From Candidatus Poribacteria bacterium (GTDB taxonomy: Bacteria; Poribacteria; WGA-4E; WGA-3G), in contig CBDANF010000003.1 in assembly GCA_965197475.1 (NCBI GenBank), positions 2,208,001 to 2,272,000 on the forward strand: a DNA stretch of 64,000 bases, in the 5' to 3' direction. A program made the translations under genes and the position numbers. Shown here in pieces: positions 51,184 through 61,616 of the stretch. Position 1 is the first letter of the stretch. Every line of letters starts with the position of its first letter. The notes under the pieces are model-generated. The model did not search any database, was not told the origin of the DNA, and worked only from the letters and a program-made list of their open reading frames with translations.

Positions 51184-52059
51184 TTAAGTCAATCCTGTTT
51201 CCGCAAGTGTGTTTCGGAGGGATTCAAGATTCGCTGGTGTCATCGGTGCAAGCGGAAGTCGGACTTTTCCGTTGAGTTTACCCATCAACATCAACGCTGT
51301 TTTTGCCGGAATAGGATTCGTTTCAATAAACAAGTTAACCGCTAACGGCAAGGTTTTATAGTGGAGTTTTCGAGCAAGTTCAAGATTTCCAGCATGGAAT
51401 GCATTACACATTTCTGCTACATCGGAGGGGGCAATGTTCGCGACAACCGAGATAACCCCTTTTCCACCCACTGCCATTATCGGCAGTGTGTTGACATCAT
51501 CACCAGAAAGGACAACAAAATCATCGTGACATAGGTTGACAACTTCACTTGCGCGCTTGAGTTCTCCTGTTGCTTCCTTGAGTGCGACAATGTTCGGATG
51601 TTCTGCAAGACGCGCAATCGTCGGTGAAAGGATGTCTGTCCCACACCGTCCGGGAACGTTGTAGACAATAATCGGGATGTCAACCGAGTCCGCTATCTTC
51701 ATATAGTGCGCGTATAGACCATCTTGTGTCGGTTTGTTGTAGTAGGGGGTGACAATAAGTGCGGCATCCGCACCGGCGGCTTTAGCGTGCTGTGTTGCGC
51801 GCAGCGTACGTGTTGTTGAGTTAGAGCCAGTACCAGCAATGACAGGGACCCGTCCATTTACTGTATCAACGGTGATTTCTATCACTCTGTCGTGTTCAAC
51901 CTCAGAAAGCGCAGGGGATTCGCCTGTTGTGCCACACGGGACGATGCCGTGTGTGCCGCCTTCAACCTGAAGCTGAATCAGTTCTTTCAGTTTTGCTTCA
52001 TCTAACGATTCATCGTCCTTAAAAGGTGTAACGAGTGCAACATAAGACCCCTCAAACAT
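51184..52059 (-). CDS. dapA: 4-hydroxy-tetrahydrodipicolinate synthase
   Basis: GTTGES, PYYNKP, YNVPGR, ALKEA, ETNPIP. Confidence 0.96.
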   Translation of the reverse strand: MFEGSYVALVTPFKDDESLDEAKLKELIQLQVEGGTHGIVPCGTTGESPALSEVEHDRVIEITVDTVNGRVPVIAGTGSNSTTRTLRATQHAKAAGADAALIVTPYYNKPTQDGLYAHYMKIADSVDIPIIVYNVPGRCGTDILSPTIARLAEHPNIVALKEATGELKRASEVVNLCHDDFVVLSGDDVNTLPIMAVGGKGVISVVANIAPSDVAEMCNAFHAGNLELARKLHYKTLPLAVNLFIETNPIPAKTALMLMGKLNGKVRLPLAPMTPANLESLRNTLAETGLT

Positions 52060-52107
52060 TTAAATCCTCCTTGATGACTACGGCACAACAGCTGTGCCCT
52101 GCTACTA

Positions 52108-52941
52108 TCAATAATCCCATGCTTCTGATGTGAGTTCGCCTGCAAAAATAACGCGAGCATCGCCTTCAAGATAGACATTTTTTGCCGCATCGTTTTCCAA
52201 ATCAAAATGAATCTTCAAAACAACACCACTTGCTGTTTTGACAGAAACAGGTGATTTAACTTTGCCTAAAGTTGCAGAAACAATAGCTGAAGCAATAGAC
52301 CCTGTGCCGCAAGCCAGCGTCTCATTTTCAACGCCCCGTTCATACGTACGAATTTCAATTAGTTCTTGTGAATGGATACGGATAAAATTCGCATTGGTGC
52401 CAGCAGGCTTAAAATCGTTATGATAACGTGTCTGCTGTCCGAGGTCAAAAACATCAGTTGCTTCCAAGTCGTCTACAAAGAAAACGACATGCGGCACACC
52501 GCTATTTGCAAAACCCACGTTATGGGCACCATCCTCAAGACGAAGTGGCACATTAATCCGAATGTCCGTTGGGTTGCTCATACCTACTTTAACGTTATCA
52601 CCTACGACTTCGGCTTCATAAATACCGGCATTTGTCAAAAATCGCATCTGTTCTGACACAATACCGTTCAGATACGCGTATTTGGAGATACACCTTGCGC
52701 CGTTTCCGCAGGTTTCAACCTCGCCACCATCGGCATTGAAGTATCGCATCCGAAAATCAACATCTTCTGTCGGTTCAACGAGCAATACACCATCAGCACC
52801 GACTGACATACGGCGTTGGCATACCTTTGTGACGAAATTCATGAATTTAGAATCTGTGCTATCAACGATTTGGTTCAGATTGTTGATGATAACGAAGTCG
52901 TTGCCCGCGCCACTGAGTTTCATAAAAGGTATTTTATTCAT
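52108..52941 (-). CDS. dapF: Diaminopimelate epimerase
   Basis: GAGNDF, NADG...CGNGARC, YERGVENETLACGTG. Confidence 0.96.
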   Translation of the reverse strand: MNKIPFMKLSGAGNDFVIINNLNQIVDSTDSKFMNFVTKVCQRRMSVGADGVLLVEPTEDVDFRMRYFNADGGEVETCGNGARCISKYAYLNGIVSEQMRFLTNAGIYEAEVVGDNVKVGMSNPTDIRINVPLRLEDGAHNVGFANSGVPHVVFFVDDLEATDVFDLGQQTRYHNDFKPAGTNANFIRIHSQELIEIRTYERGVENETLACGTGSIASAIVSATLGKVKSPVSVKTASGVVLKIHFDLENDAAKNVYLEGDARVIFAGELTSEAWDY

Positions 52942-53000
52942 ACCAGGTCCTTAATTTGTGTCAATTTATGTCTTTCTTATATGATAAAATTATTCTGCTA

Positions 53001-54041
53001 TTACGTCAAGGCATTTTCATAGTGAAAGTGGCTTATCATAAATTGGTTTGTGTGTTCTTGAGATCGGTACGCATGCCTACGAAGTTCTTCAATGATTCCT
53101 AAAACACCATCGTAACTATTGCATGTAACCAAACGGGTCCGGAAAGGTTTGACGTGAGGGATGCCTTTAAAATAATTTCCATAGTGCCGCCGCATCTCTA
53201 TTAATCCGAGTTTTAAGCCTTTCCATTTAATGGAGAAATCCAGATGTTTTCTAAAAACAGCGATTCGTTCATCAATTGACGGCAGAGGAAGCAATTCACT
53301 GGTAGCGAAATAGTGTTTAATTTCATTGAAAATCCATGGGTATCCGATCGCAGCACGACCAATCATAATGCCATCCACGCCGTATTGTTGCCGCATCTGG
53401 GCTGCTTTTTGTGGACTATCCACATCGCCGTTGCCAAAAACAGGGATGGTCATGCGCGGGTTATCTTTGATCTTGCCGATGAGCGTCCAGTCAGCGTCAC
53501 CTTTGTACATCTGACGGCGTGTTCTGCCGTGAATGGCAATAGCACAGATACCAACATCTTGTAGCCGTTCAGCAACCTCAACAATATACTTCGTGTTATC
53601 GTCCCATCCTAATCGCGTTTTGACGGTTACAGGCAACGTAGTAGTTTTTACCATTTCAGCAGTCATCTTAACCATTTTCGGAATGTCCTGCAAAATGCCT
53701 GCGCCTGCCCCTTTACAAGTGACCTTTTTGACTGGACATCCGTAATTAATGTCAATGATGTCAGGTTGGACACGTTCAGTGATTTCAACCGATTCCCGCA
53801 TCACCTCTATATCATGTCCAAAAATTTGGATACCAATTGGTTTTTCGGCTTCAAAGATGTCTAATTTGGCAACACTCTGCGCAGCATCACGGATAAGTGC
53901 CTCGGAAGATATAAATTCAGTATACATGATATCCGCACCGTTCTCTTTGCACACTGCACGAAAAGGCGGATCGCTGACATCTTCCATCGGGGCAAGCAGG
54001 AGGGGGAAATGTGGGATATTGAGGTTGCCAATTGTGAGCAT
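53001..54041 (-). CDS. dusB: tRNA-dihydrouridine synthase B
   Basis: LAPME, DINYGCP, KTRLGWD, HGRT; true start MLTIG at 54041. Confidence 0.93.
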   Translation of the reverse strand: MLTIGNLNIPHFPLLLAPMEDVSDPPFRAVCKENGADIMYTEFISSEALIRDAAQSVAKLDIFEAEKPIGIQIFGHDIEVMRESVEITERVQPDIIDINYGCPVKKVTCKGAGAGILQDIPKMVKMTAEMVKTTTLPVTVKTRLGWDDNTKYIVEVAERLQDVGICAIAIHGRTRRQMYKGDADWTLIGKIKDNPRMTIPVFGNGDVDSPQKAAQMRQQYGVDGIMIGRAAIGYPWIFNEIKHYFATSELLPLPSIDERIAVFRKHLDFSIKWKGLKLGLIEMRRHYGNYFKGIPHVKPFRTRLVTCNSYDGVLGIIEELRRHAYRSQEHTNQFMISHFHYENALT

Positions 54042-54063
54042 AGAATAATTTTCTTGGGTAAAT

Positions 54064-54340
54064 TTAGATATATTGCTGTCGGATTCGCCGCATGTATTCA
54101 TCATGCTTTCCAATCCAATACCAGACAAAAATTCCATCTTTTTCCGCGCTAATGCGCGATAATCCCTACTGATTCTTGCAGACCAAAGATCTTTTCCAAC
54201 CTTTTTGAAATCCAAGGAAGGATGTTTTGGGTCTTGCTTCAACAGTGCAAAACTCTTGTCTGCACGTTGTTGAATCTGTCGTGAAAGATTTTGATAACAT
54301 GCCCAAAAAGCTTGATTAGTTTTATAGATCGGTACACTTT
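54064..54340 (-). CDS. RelE/ParE-superfamily toxin, split by a 1-nt frameshift at ~54137-54142
   Basis: FWACYQNL...LLKQDPKHPSLDFKKVG..WSARISRDYRALA, then (other frame) DGIFVWYWIGKHDEY. Confidence 0.75.
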
Positions 54341-54624
54341 CCTGCACGTAAATCCTCAAGAGCCTTTTCGCCCAATTTATCAAGTTTTCCAGCTTTGATG
54401 TCTTCTTCTAACTGTTTATCCCATGCTTCCCAATCAGCTTCTAAAGTTTCATAAAGCGTTTGTTCAAGGGTTTTCAGGAGTGCTTCTTTCGTGGTATCCT
54501 CGCACTTCACTTTGGGATGTTCCTGTATCCATCCCATCCATCCATCTCCGTTCCTTTGGACGTGAGCGGTATAGGTTGTTTCATATTCCGAATCATAGAT
54601 TTTGACGGTCTGAATTTCTTCCAT
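54322..54624 (-). CDS. Cognate antitoxin (HicB-like N-terminus plus WDKQLEEDIKAGKLD C-terminus)
   Basis: Immediately upstream of and overlapping the toxin. Confidence 0.7.
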   Translation of the reverse strand: MEEIQTVKIYDSEYETTYTAHVQRNGDGWMGWIQEHPKVKCEDTTKEALLKTLEQTLYETLEADWEAWDKQLEEDIKAGKLDKLGEKALEDLRAGKCTDL

Positions 54625-54722
54625 GGGTGTTTCCTAATGTTAGAATTTAGGTTAAGGTTTATTATACCTTACAATAGTGCTGTTGTCAAGAAAATCCCAA
54701 ACTAAATAACTCTGTTTTATGC

Positions 54723-55120
54723 TTGAAGAAGCTTCCAAAATCTGATAATATTACATATAAGCGGGAAAGAGGATCCATTTCTAAATATTCTTTTATATGC
54801 GCGTCTGCGTTTGCGAAGTTGACCGTCGAAGATTTAGAGAAGATTTGCCAGATTGTGAATGATGCCGAGTTATGGATAGAGAAGCGCATCACGGATCAAG
54901 AGAAAACATTTCTGATCTAATTCAAGCGCAAGGGAAACGTCTCGACTTTCATGGCGCGTTGATTATCGCACTAATTGTAGCGATAATTGGTTTTGTTAGC
55001 GTGTCTTTAAGGCTCATCACTTATCAGCATAGCAAACTCCGCGTACAACAATATGAAGAAATCAAGGCGTTACGTGAGAAAATTGAGGCACTTGAAGAAA
55101 ATCGAATACTCAGAGTTTAG
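54723..55120 (+). pseudogene. Coiled-coil/TM hypothetical protein, frameshifted at ~54905
   Basis: LTVEDLEKI...RITDQEK joins NISDLIQAQGKRLDF across an A run. Confidence 0.5.
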
Positions 55121-55160
55121 TCACGATCCACCACAGAAAAACAAATAGGAGGCCAACTAT

Positions 55161-56977
55161 ATGAACAAACCGGAGGGGGAACTCCGATCTATACTTGCTA
55201 CAGATTGCGGCAGCACAACCACAAAAGCAATTCTTATTGAAAAACGGGGTGACGAGTATCAACTTGTAGTGCGCGGGGAGGCACCAACTACCGTTGAAGC
55301 TCCCGTTGAAGACGTTACTGCAGGCGTTATCAATGCTATTACGGAAGTTGAGGAACTTGCCGGACGCAAACTCCTTGACAACGGCGTTATCATCAAACCA
55401 CAAAACGGAGATGAGGGAGTTGACATCTATATTTCAACAAGTAGTGCTGGTGGTGGGTTACAGATGATGGTGGCGGGTGTAGTCCGCAGTATGACTGGCG
55501 AAAGTGCCGAACGTGCGGCACTTGGTGCTGGGGCTATTGTCATGGATGTCATCGCCTCAAACGACAAACGCTTACCACACGAAAAAATAGAACGAATTCG
55601 GCATCTTCGGCCCGATATGCTCCTTCTCTCTGGGGCATTGATGGCGGCACAACCTCACACGTAGTTGAATTGGCTGAGATAATCGCAGCATCGCGTCCGC
55701 AACCACGGCTTGGTATTGCTTATGAACTTCCGCTTATCTATGCAGGGAACAAAGATGCTCGCGAACTGATCCGCGAACGTTTAGATGATGTGATGTCTCT
55801 GGATATAGTAGACAACCTTCGTCCAGTATTAGAACGTGAAAACTTAATGCCCACCCGATACAAAATTCAGGAACAATTTCTTGAACACGTGATGGCACAT
55901 GCACCCGGTTACAAAAAACTTATTGAGTGGACAGATGCTCCAATTATGCCAACCCCAGGAGCAGTCGGTGAGATTATCCAGTCAGTTTCATCGCAGCAGG
56001 ATATTCAGGTTGTCGGCGTTGATATCGGTGGCGCGACGACAGATGTATTTTCCGTGTTCAAAAACCGTGATACGGAAGCGATCTTCAACCGAACTGTGAG
56101 TGCTAACCTCGGTATGAGTTATAGCGTTTCCAATGTGCTTGCTGAAGCAGGTATAGAAAACGTCTTACGATGGGTGCCTTTTGATATTGAGGTTGGCGAT
56201 CTTCGAAATCGAGTGAAAAACAAGATGATTCGTCCAACCACAATTCCGCAAACTTTGCAAGAATTAGTTTTGGAGCAAGCAATTGCTCGCGAAGCACTCC
56301 GCCTGGCTTTTGAACAACACAAGCAGTTGGCAGTGGAATTGCGGGGTGTGCAACAGCAGCGCACCATATCCGAAGCCTTTGATCAGGCAGAAAGTGGACA
56401 GACGCTTGTTAATATGTTTGCTTTAGATATGTTAGTCGGCAGTGGAGGTGTTCTATCACATGCACCGCGCCGTCAGCAATCAATGCTCATGATGATTGAC
56501 GCATTTCAACCTCAAGGACTAACCCATCTTGCAGTAGATAGTATTTTTATGATGCCTCAACTCGGTGTCCTTACACAAGTTAATGCTGAAGCTGCAACAC
56601 AAGTCTTTGAACGTGATTGCCTAATCCATCTCGGCACCTGTGTGGCACCTGTTGGTGTTGGAAAAGAAGGTGACACGTGTCTTTCCATAGAACTAAGTAG
56701 CTCAGACAAATTAGTTGTCACTGAAGATATTCCGTATGGAGAACTACGCCTCTATCCTCTGGCACTTGGAGAAAAAGGCTCGCTGAAACTCCAACCATCT
56801 CGACGATTTGACCTCGGTGCTGGACATGGAACACCTATTGAAACAGATGCTTTAGGCGGCGTAGTTGGATTGGTAATTGATACACGAGGCAGACCGCTTG
56901 AAATTCCAACAGATTCTGCCCAGCGCGTTGCGCAGCTCACAAAGTGGCAGAAAGCATTGGACATATACCCGTCTTAA
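55161..56977 (+). CDS. Glutamate/methylaspartate mutase accessory protein GlmL (MutL)-like ASKHA ATPase; 1-nt frameshift at ~55633
   Basis: TDCGSTTTK, SSAGGGL, DIGGATTDVFS, GSGGVLSHAPR; one extra G restores SGGIDGGTTSHVVELAE. Confidence 0.85.
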
Positions 56978-57211
56978 AAGTAGTAGGCACGCGCGTCAAA
57001 TGCCATAAGTGCATTTGGCGTTGATTTAGATTATCTTTTGCAAGAGGGATTTGTAACCCGATTTAAGTGGATAGAAGTAGCCCGGTCCAAATATAGCATC
57101 AAAATCTAAAACGAAATGCCTAATTTCTTTACAAAAATTATGAAAAATAGTATCATATTGAAGTTATTGACAGATTGTTATAACTAATTTTATTTTTAAA
57201 GGAGATAAAAA

Positions 57212-58033
57212 ATGAAACGATTTTACTTTTTTATATTAGCAATCACGCTAAGTTTAGGATTAGTTTTCAGTGCGACAAATCTCGCGTTTGCAGTGAAGTT
57301 AATCTCAAGGGAGGTCCCTTGAAAGAAGGCGAATTCTTCGCCAATCCCCCTGGAAAGAATGAGGAAGATCACTCCGGAGTTAACACCTGGATCAGCAAAT
57401 GGTACGGACCTGATGGTAACTACACAAATAACGGTGGTGCTGGAATCATACAAACAGATCTTATTGACGAAGGCATCAATGGAAAACTGACGCAGGAAAC
57501 CTTTTCCACGCTTGCTGGTTTGCAGAAGACAAAAACTATCAACGAAATTGATTGGGATGGACACGGTGGAACCCGGGAATGGAATGTCTTTGAACTGCCT
57601 ATAGCAGACGATAATAACATGAACAGAGGCGGGCCCCCCAGATAATATTGACATCCATGGTATTCTTGTGATTGATTCACCAAAAGCGATGACATCCGTA
57701 ATGTCGCCTGCACATGATAACAATGCGCAGATATGGATTAATGGAGAGAAATGGTACTATCACCCTGACTGGACAGGTGCTGCCAGAAAAGTACACTTCA
57801 ACGTTGAGATATCATTGGAAAAAGGGGCAAACGTACTCCTTTTTCGTGTGACTGAAGTTGGAGGAGGTGCTTACATGAACCTTCACTTTGACGATGCTAC
57901 ACACGATGCTGTTAAAATTTATCCCGATAAAGCTACTAACCAAGCAGAATTCTTCCAAGAAGTTGCGGGTATTCTACCTGTTGAACCCGCAGGAAAGTTA
58001 ACGACTATCTGGGCAGATATAAAGCGGAAATAG
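57212..58033 (+). CDS. Secreted protein with C-terminal VEPAGKLTTIWADIK motif; two apparent frameshifts
   Basis: AAGGAG RBS, signal peptide MKRFYFF...AFA; frames join near 57293 and 57635. Confidence 0.7.
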
Positions 58034-58074
58034 ATCGCAATTAATCCTACAACTTTATAGTAGTGTTGCTTTTA

Positions 58075-58982
58075 TAGTAAATCCCGTAATTACTTATACA
58101 CTTTTATAATATCATCAATAGAAGTCTGAGCATTGTATTGACGTATCCGCTTGATGTTGGCGAAATCCTTCTCAATCGGATTCAACTCCGGTGAATACGG
58201 TGGTAAAAACAACAAACTCGCACCGCAATCCCGGATCAATGCCGCCGTCTGTGAACCTTTGTGGAAAGACGCATTATCCATAATCACAACATGGCTATCG
58301 TCAAGCAATGGACACAACATTTCCGAAAGCCAACTGTTGAAGGCGACCGCATCGCAACTGCCCTTGAAAAGCACAGGTGCTGTGAAACATCCATCAAGCC
58401 GTGCCGCAATCAGCGTCGTGGTGGTATACCGATGGCTTGGCACTTTATCTTCAACACGGACACCTTTCGGGGCATAAGCATACCGACGGAAAGTGGTTTC
58501 AGTGAAACCACTTTCGTCAAGATAAACCGGTTTTTTGCCATGCTCCTGTGTCTCTTGTTGAAGTGCCGAAAGATACTCTTGGCGTTTTATCGGACACTGT
58601 TCTTTGTAGGTCGTTGTCTTTTTTTTCGCGTAATATTGAGTTTTGAGAAGGCATAAAAGATGCCGTTTGTTGAAACACCGAAGTGTTTGGCACGTTCGGC
58701 GAGTGTGGAATCTGGGAAATCGGCAACATGTTGCTGAAGTGCGTCATAATCAATATCTCGGGGACCTTTGGGTCCCGGTTTTTCACAGGCGAAGGGGTCT
58801 TCTGCTTCCAACCAGTTATAGATCGTTCTTCTTGAGACACAAAAAGTGCGTTCTGCGGCGGCTTTACTGCCACCATTATTGATGAAATCAAGCACGCGTT
58901 TGCGTCCATCTGTTGAATATGCCATAATCATAAAGGCTAACATAAATCACAGAAAATGTAAACTTATTTTCAGGATCTACTA
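58075..58982 (-). mobile_element. IS630-family insertion sequence (orfA/orfB joined by -1 frameshift)
   Basis: TA-flanked imperfect TIRs TAGTAAATCCCGTAATTAC / TAGTAGATCCTGAAAATAA; HTH orfA; A-run slippery site ~58618-58626; DESG, DNASFH and LPPYSPELNPIE motifs. Confidence 0.9.
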
Positions 58983-59258
58983 TAACAAATTAATAATGTT
59001 AATCATCTAATGTTCTAATATGATCTCTGATAGGTTTACGTAAATCGTTTTCCGCTGCAGAATCTTCTATTTCTTATACTGAACTTACATGATTTAAGTC
59101 TCAAAACATGTAATAGAGGTGAATATTTACACGAGACATTAAAATCCTTCCACAAAACCTGAACCTTATTATTGTTACGTGAAATCGCTGAGCATCCAAG
59201 AACACTCTGTTCTATTCATTACACGCAACCTGAATTCAAACCCGGATTTTGGTAAAGG

Positions 59259-59447
59259 TATTGTAACCCCTAACCCACTTTTAACGTTTTAATTAAACGC
59301 AGTAACGTATCTCTTTAATTTCTAATATTTAGACGTAGGTTGTGCTCTGTAGGCAATGACGCAGTTCCACAGCAGTTGGCGTAAACGATATTGTGACAAG
59401 CGGTGCGTTAATTAGCAGGGCATCCTACTTCGTCTTGGGTTACAATA
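59259..59447. mobile_element. Putative MITE containing a GTAG...CTAC REP pair
   Basis: TATTGTAACCC...GGGTTACAATA inverted ends. Confidence 0.5.
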
Positions 59448-59528
59448 ATATTTTTCAATTTACACGAACAATATAAGGAGAAAGCAAATTCGGAGCAGTT
59501 TTAGATTCCCCAAATTTGCTTTAGAAAT

Positions 59529-60374
59529 ATGGTCCTTGGTGCACATGTTTCCACTTCGGGTGGTATACATAACTCTATCAAGAATGGTGACAATCTCCAA
59601 TGCGACGCGATCCAAATTTTTCTCGCTAACCCAAACCGATGGGAATCAAAACCACCTACTGCTGAAGTACTTGAAAAATTTTGTGAAGCTTGGACAGATT
59701 CTCCTATTCAAGACGTTATTGTTCATGATATACATCTTAGCAATTTGGCATCACCCAAACAGGATGTGTTAGAAAAATCACAGAGACAGTTTAAACAAAT
59801 GATGGAACTTTCAGACAAAGCTGGGATTCAACACATCGTTACACACCTGGGGGCGCACCTTGGTGAGGGAGAAGAATTCGGCTTGAAGCAGTTAAGTGAC
59901 AGTTTTGATTTACTCTTTGAAACAGCTGAGGCACCAGATGTTACACTTCTGCTTGAAACCACTGCAGGGCAAGGCACAAACCTCGGTTACTGTTTTGAAC
60001 ACTTACGGGATATTATCAGTATGTCAAAATATCCAGATCGATTCGGTGTCTGCTTAGATACCTGTCACGTTTTCGCCGCTGGTTATGACATACGAACCGA
60101 AGAAAATTGTGATACTACATTTAATAAATTTGACGAAATCATCGGGTTAGAACGACTAAAGGCATTTCATATTAACGATGCTAAATCGGAGTATCAGAGT
60201 CGTGTAGATAGACATGAGCATATCGGCGAAGGAAATATCGGCGCAACGGCATTCGCGTATATCCTTAACGACGCACGTTTTGCTGAAACGCCGCTCATTA
60301 TTGAAACGCCGAATATGAACACAATGCACGGGAAAAACCTTACAACGCTTCGCGGTTTAGTGAAAAATAATTGA
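59529..60374 (+). CDS. nfo: Endonuclease IV
   Basis: LGAHVS, ETTAGQG, CLDTCH, HIND, DRHEHIG. Confidence 0.96.
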   Translation: MVLGAHVSTSGGIHNSIKNGDNLQCDAIQIFLANPNRWESKPPTAEVLEKFCEAWTDSPIQDVIVHDIHLSNLASPKQDVLEKSQRQFKQMMELSDKAGIQHIVTHLGAHLGEGEEFGLKQLSDSFDLLFETAEAPDVTLLLETTAGQGTNLGYCFEHLRDIISMSKYPDRFGVCLDTCHVFAAGYDIRTEENCDTTFNKFDEIIGLERLKAFHINDAKSEYQSRVDRHEHIGEGNIGATAFAYILNDARFAETPLIIETPNMNTMHGKNLTTLRGLVKNN

Positions 60375-60407
60375 TCATTTGTTCTATAGCCCCGTTTAAG
60401 GTAAAAA

Positions 60408-60602
60408 ATGCAGATCGGTGTGTGGGAGGTAGTATTTCTCATCCTCCTATTTTTGGGAATAATTTTAGTATCTCGGATAGTCACACATTTACAGACGAAA
60501 CGCGTCTGTCCTGATTGTGGTTTAGCAATGCACACATACTTATCAAATTGCCCTTCATGTGGCTGTGCCTTGCGGTTAAAGCGTAAAGGAAAGTCAGGAT
60601 AA
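60408..60602 (+). CDS. Small membrane-anchored zinc-ribbon protein
   Basis: TM plus CPDC...CPSC. Confidence 0.6.
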   Translation: MQIGVWEVVFLILLFLGIILVSRIVTHLQTKRVCPDCGLAMHTYLSNCPSCGCALRLKRKGKSG

Positions 60603-60786
60603 TCAAATTTACACTCTTTTATTGAAGGAATTGGAATTTTTGGAACGTTTTCCTGTTATTATTTTGGACACACTCAGTGGTAAATCTTACAATATAGGAA
60701 AATACATCTATTCCAAATATGATCTACCTATATGCGCGTTTGTCCTCTGAACAGACGCAAATTTCAGACGAAAAGGAGAAGCCATC

Positions 60787-61596
60787 ATGGCGAAAATCAA
60801 ATTAAGAATCCAAGGAACGTCCTGCTTGCACGGTGTCAAAACATCCGCGGATACGCTGATAGGGCTTAAAAGTGTTAAACAGTTGAAATTTCTCACCGCA
60901 TCTCTAATCTTACTTTTTAGCATAATCGGATGTTCCGATGTTCCTTATACCGGTCCAATACTTTCAGTTGACAGTGTAGACCGATACCTCAATTCAATAG
61001 GTGAAGATAAGATATGCCTACAAGACGGGTTTGATACGATTTGCCTAAAATTTACGCAAGTAGAAAGTGATGGTGAGAGTGATGGTGCAGCATTCATTCA
61101 CATTCATCCAACAAGCGTAGCCTACATATTCTATTTTGAAGGTTTTCCTATTTTGCAGGCAGAAAAGGCAATGGATACCACACAACTTGTACAAGGATTG
61201 GTAGATTCTGGAAGAGTTCAACTCCCTCCAAATAGTGATGCATCCAGCACTGGCAATATTGACACAGGCTGGACCATCCAAATATACTATCCAACGTCAT
61301 TCCCAGAAGCTAATCGTGGTGTAACACCTCAAACCAGTGGACTGGACATCAGGATTGCCGAAGGAATGAAGATAAGAATTTACACACGAGATGAACTTGA
61401 AATAAAGAACTTCGCACAAATCAACGGAGCTGATGGCATCCGTGGCGTTCAATTCTCTATTGATACAGAAGATCCTGAGATAACAATCCATGTAGATGGA
61501 TTAGTCCCTGGCTATACAGCAAAGTTTTACGTCAATGCGAATGACGTGGTCTCTGATGAAGACAGTAGTGCTTTCGAATTGGGGCTTTTACAGTAG
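60787..61596 (+). CDS. Predicted lipoprotein, paralogue 1
   Basis: Lipobox IIGC-SDVPYTG; IHIHP..YIFY; WTIQIYYP. Confidence 0.7.
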   Translation: MAKIKLRIQGTSCLHGVKTSADTLIGLKSVKQLKFLTASLILLFSIIGCSDVPYTGPILSVDSVDRYLNSIGEDKICLQDGFDTICLKFTQVESDGESDGAAFIHIHPTSVAYIFYFEGFPILQAEKAMDTTQLVQGLVDSGRVQLPPNSDASSTGNIDTGWTIQIYYPTSFPEANRGVTPQTSGLDIRIAEGMKIRIYTRDELEIKNFAQINGADGIRGVQFSIDTEDPEITIHVDGLVPGYTAKFYVNANDVVSDEDSSAFELGLLQ

Positions 61597-61616
61597 ATTC
61601 TACGAGGAGTAACATC

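Noticed and set aside
53001-54383. 460-aa toxin-DusB fusion in the ORF track
   Set aside because: It arises from a 1-nt shift in the toxin. The toxin C-terminus (WYWIGKHDEY) is in another frame and dusB has its own ATG at 54041.
58610-58630. IS630 split as a pseudogene or sequencing error
   Set aside because: An A-run -1 frameshift between the HTH and DDE parts is normal for IS630, and the DDE frame is intact.
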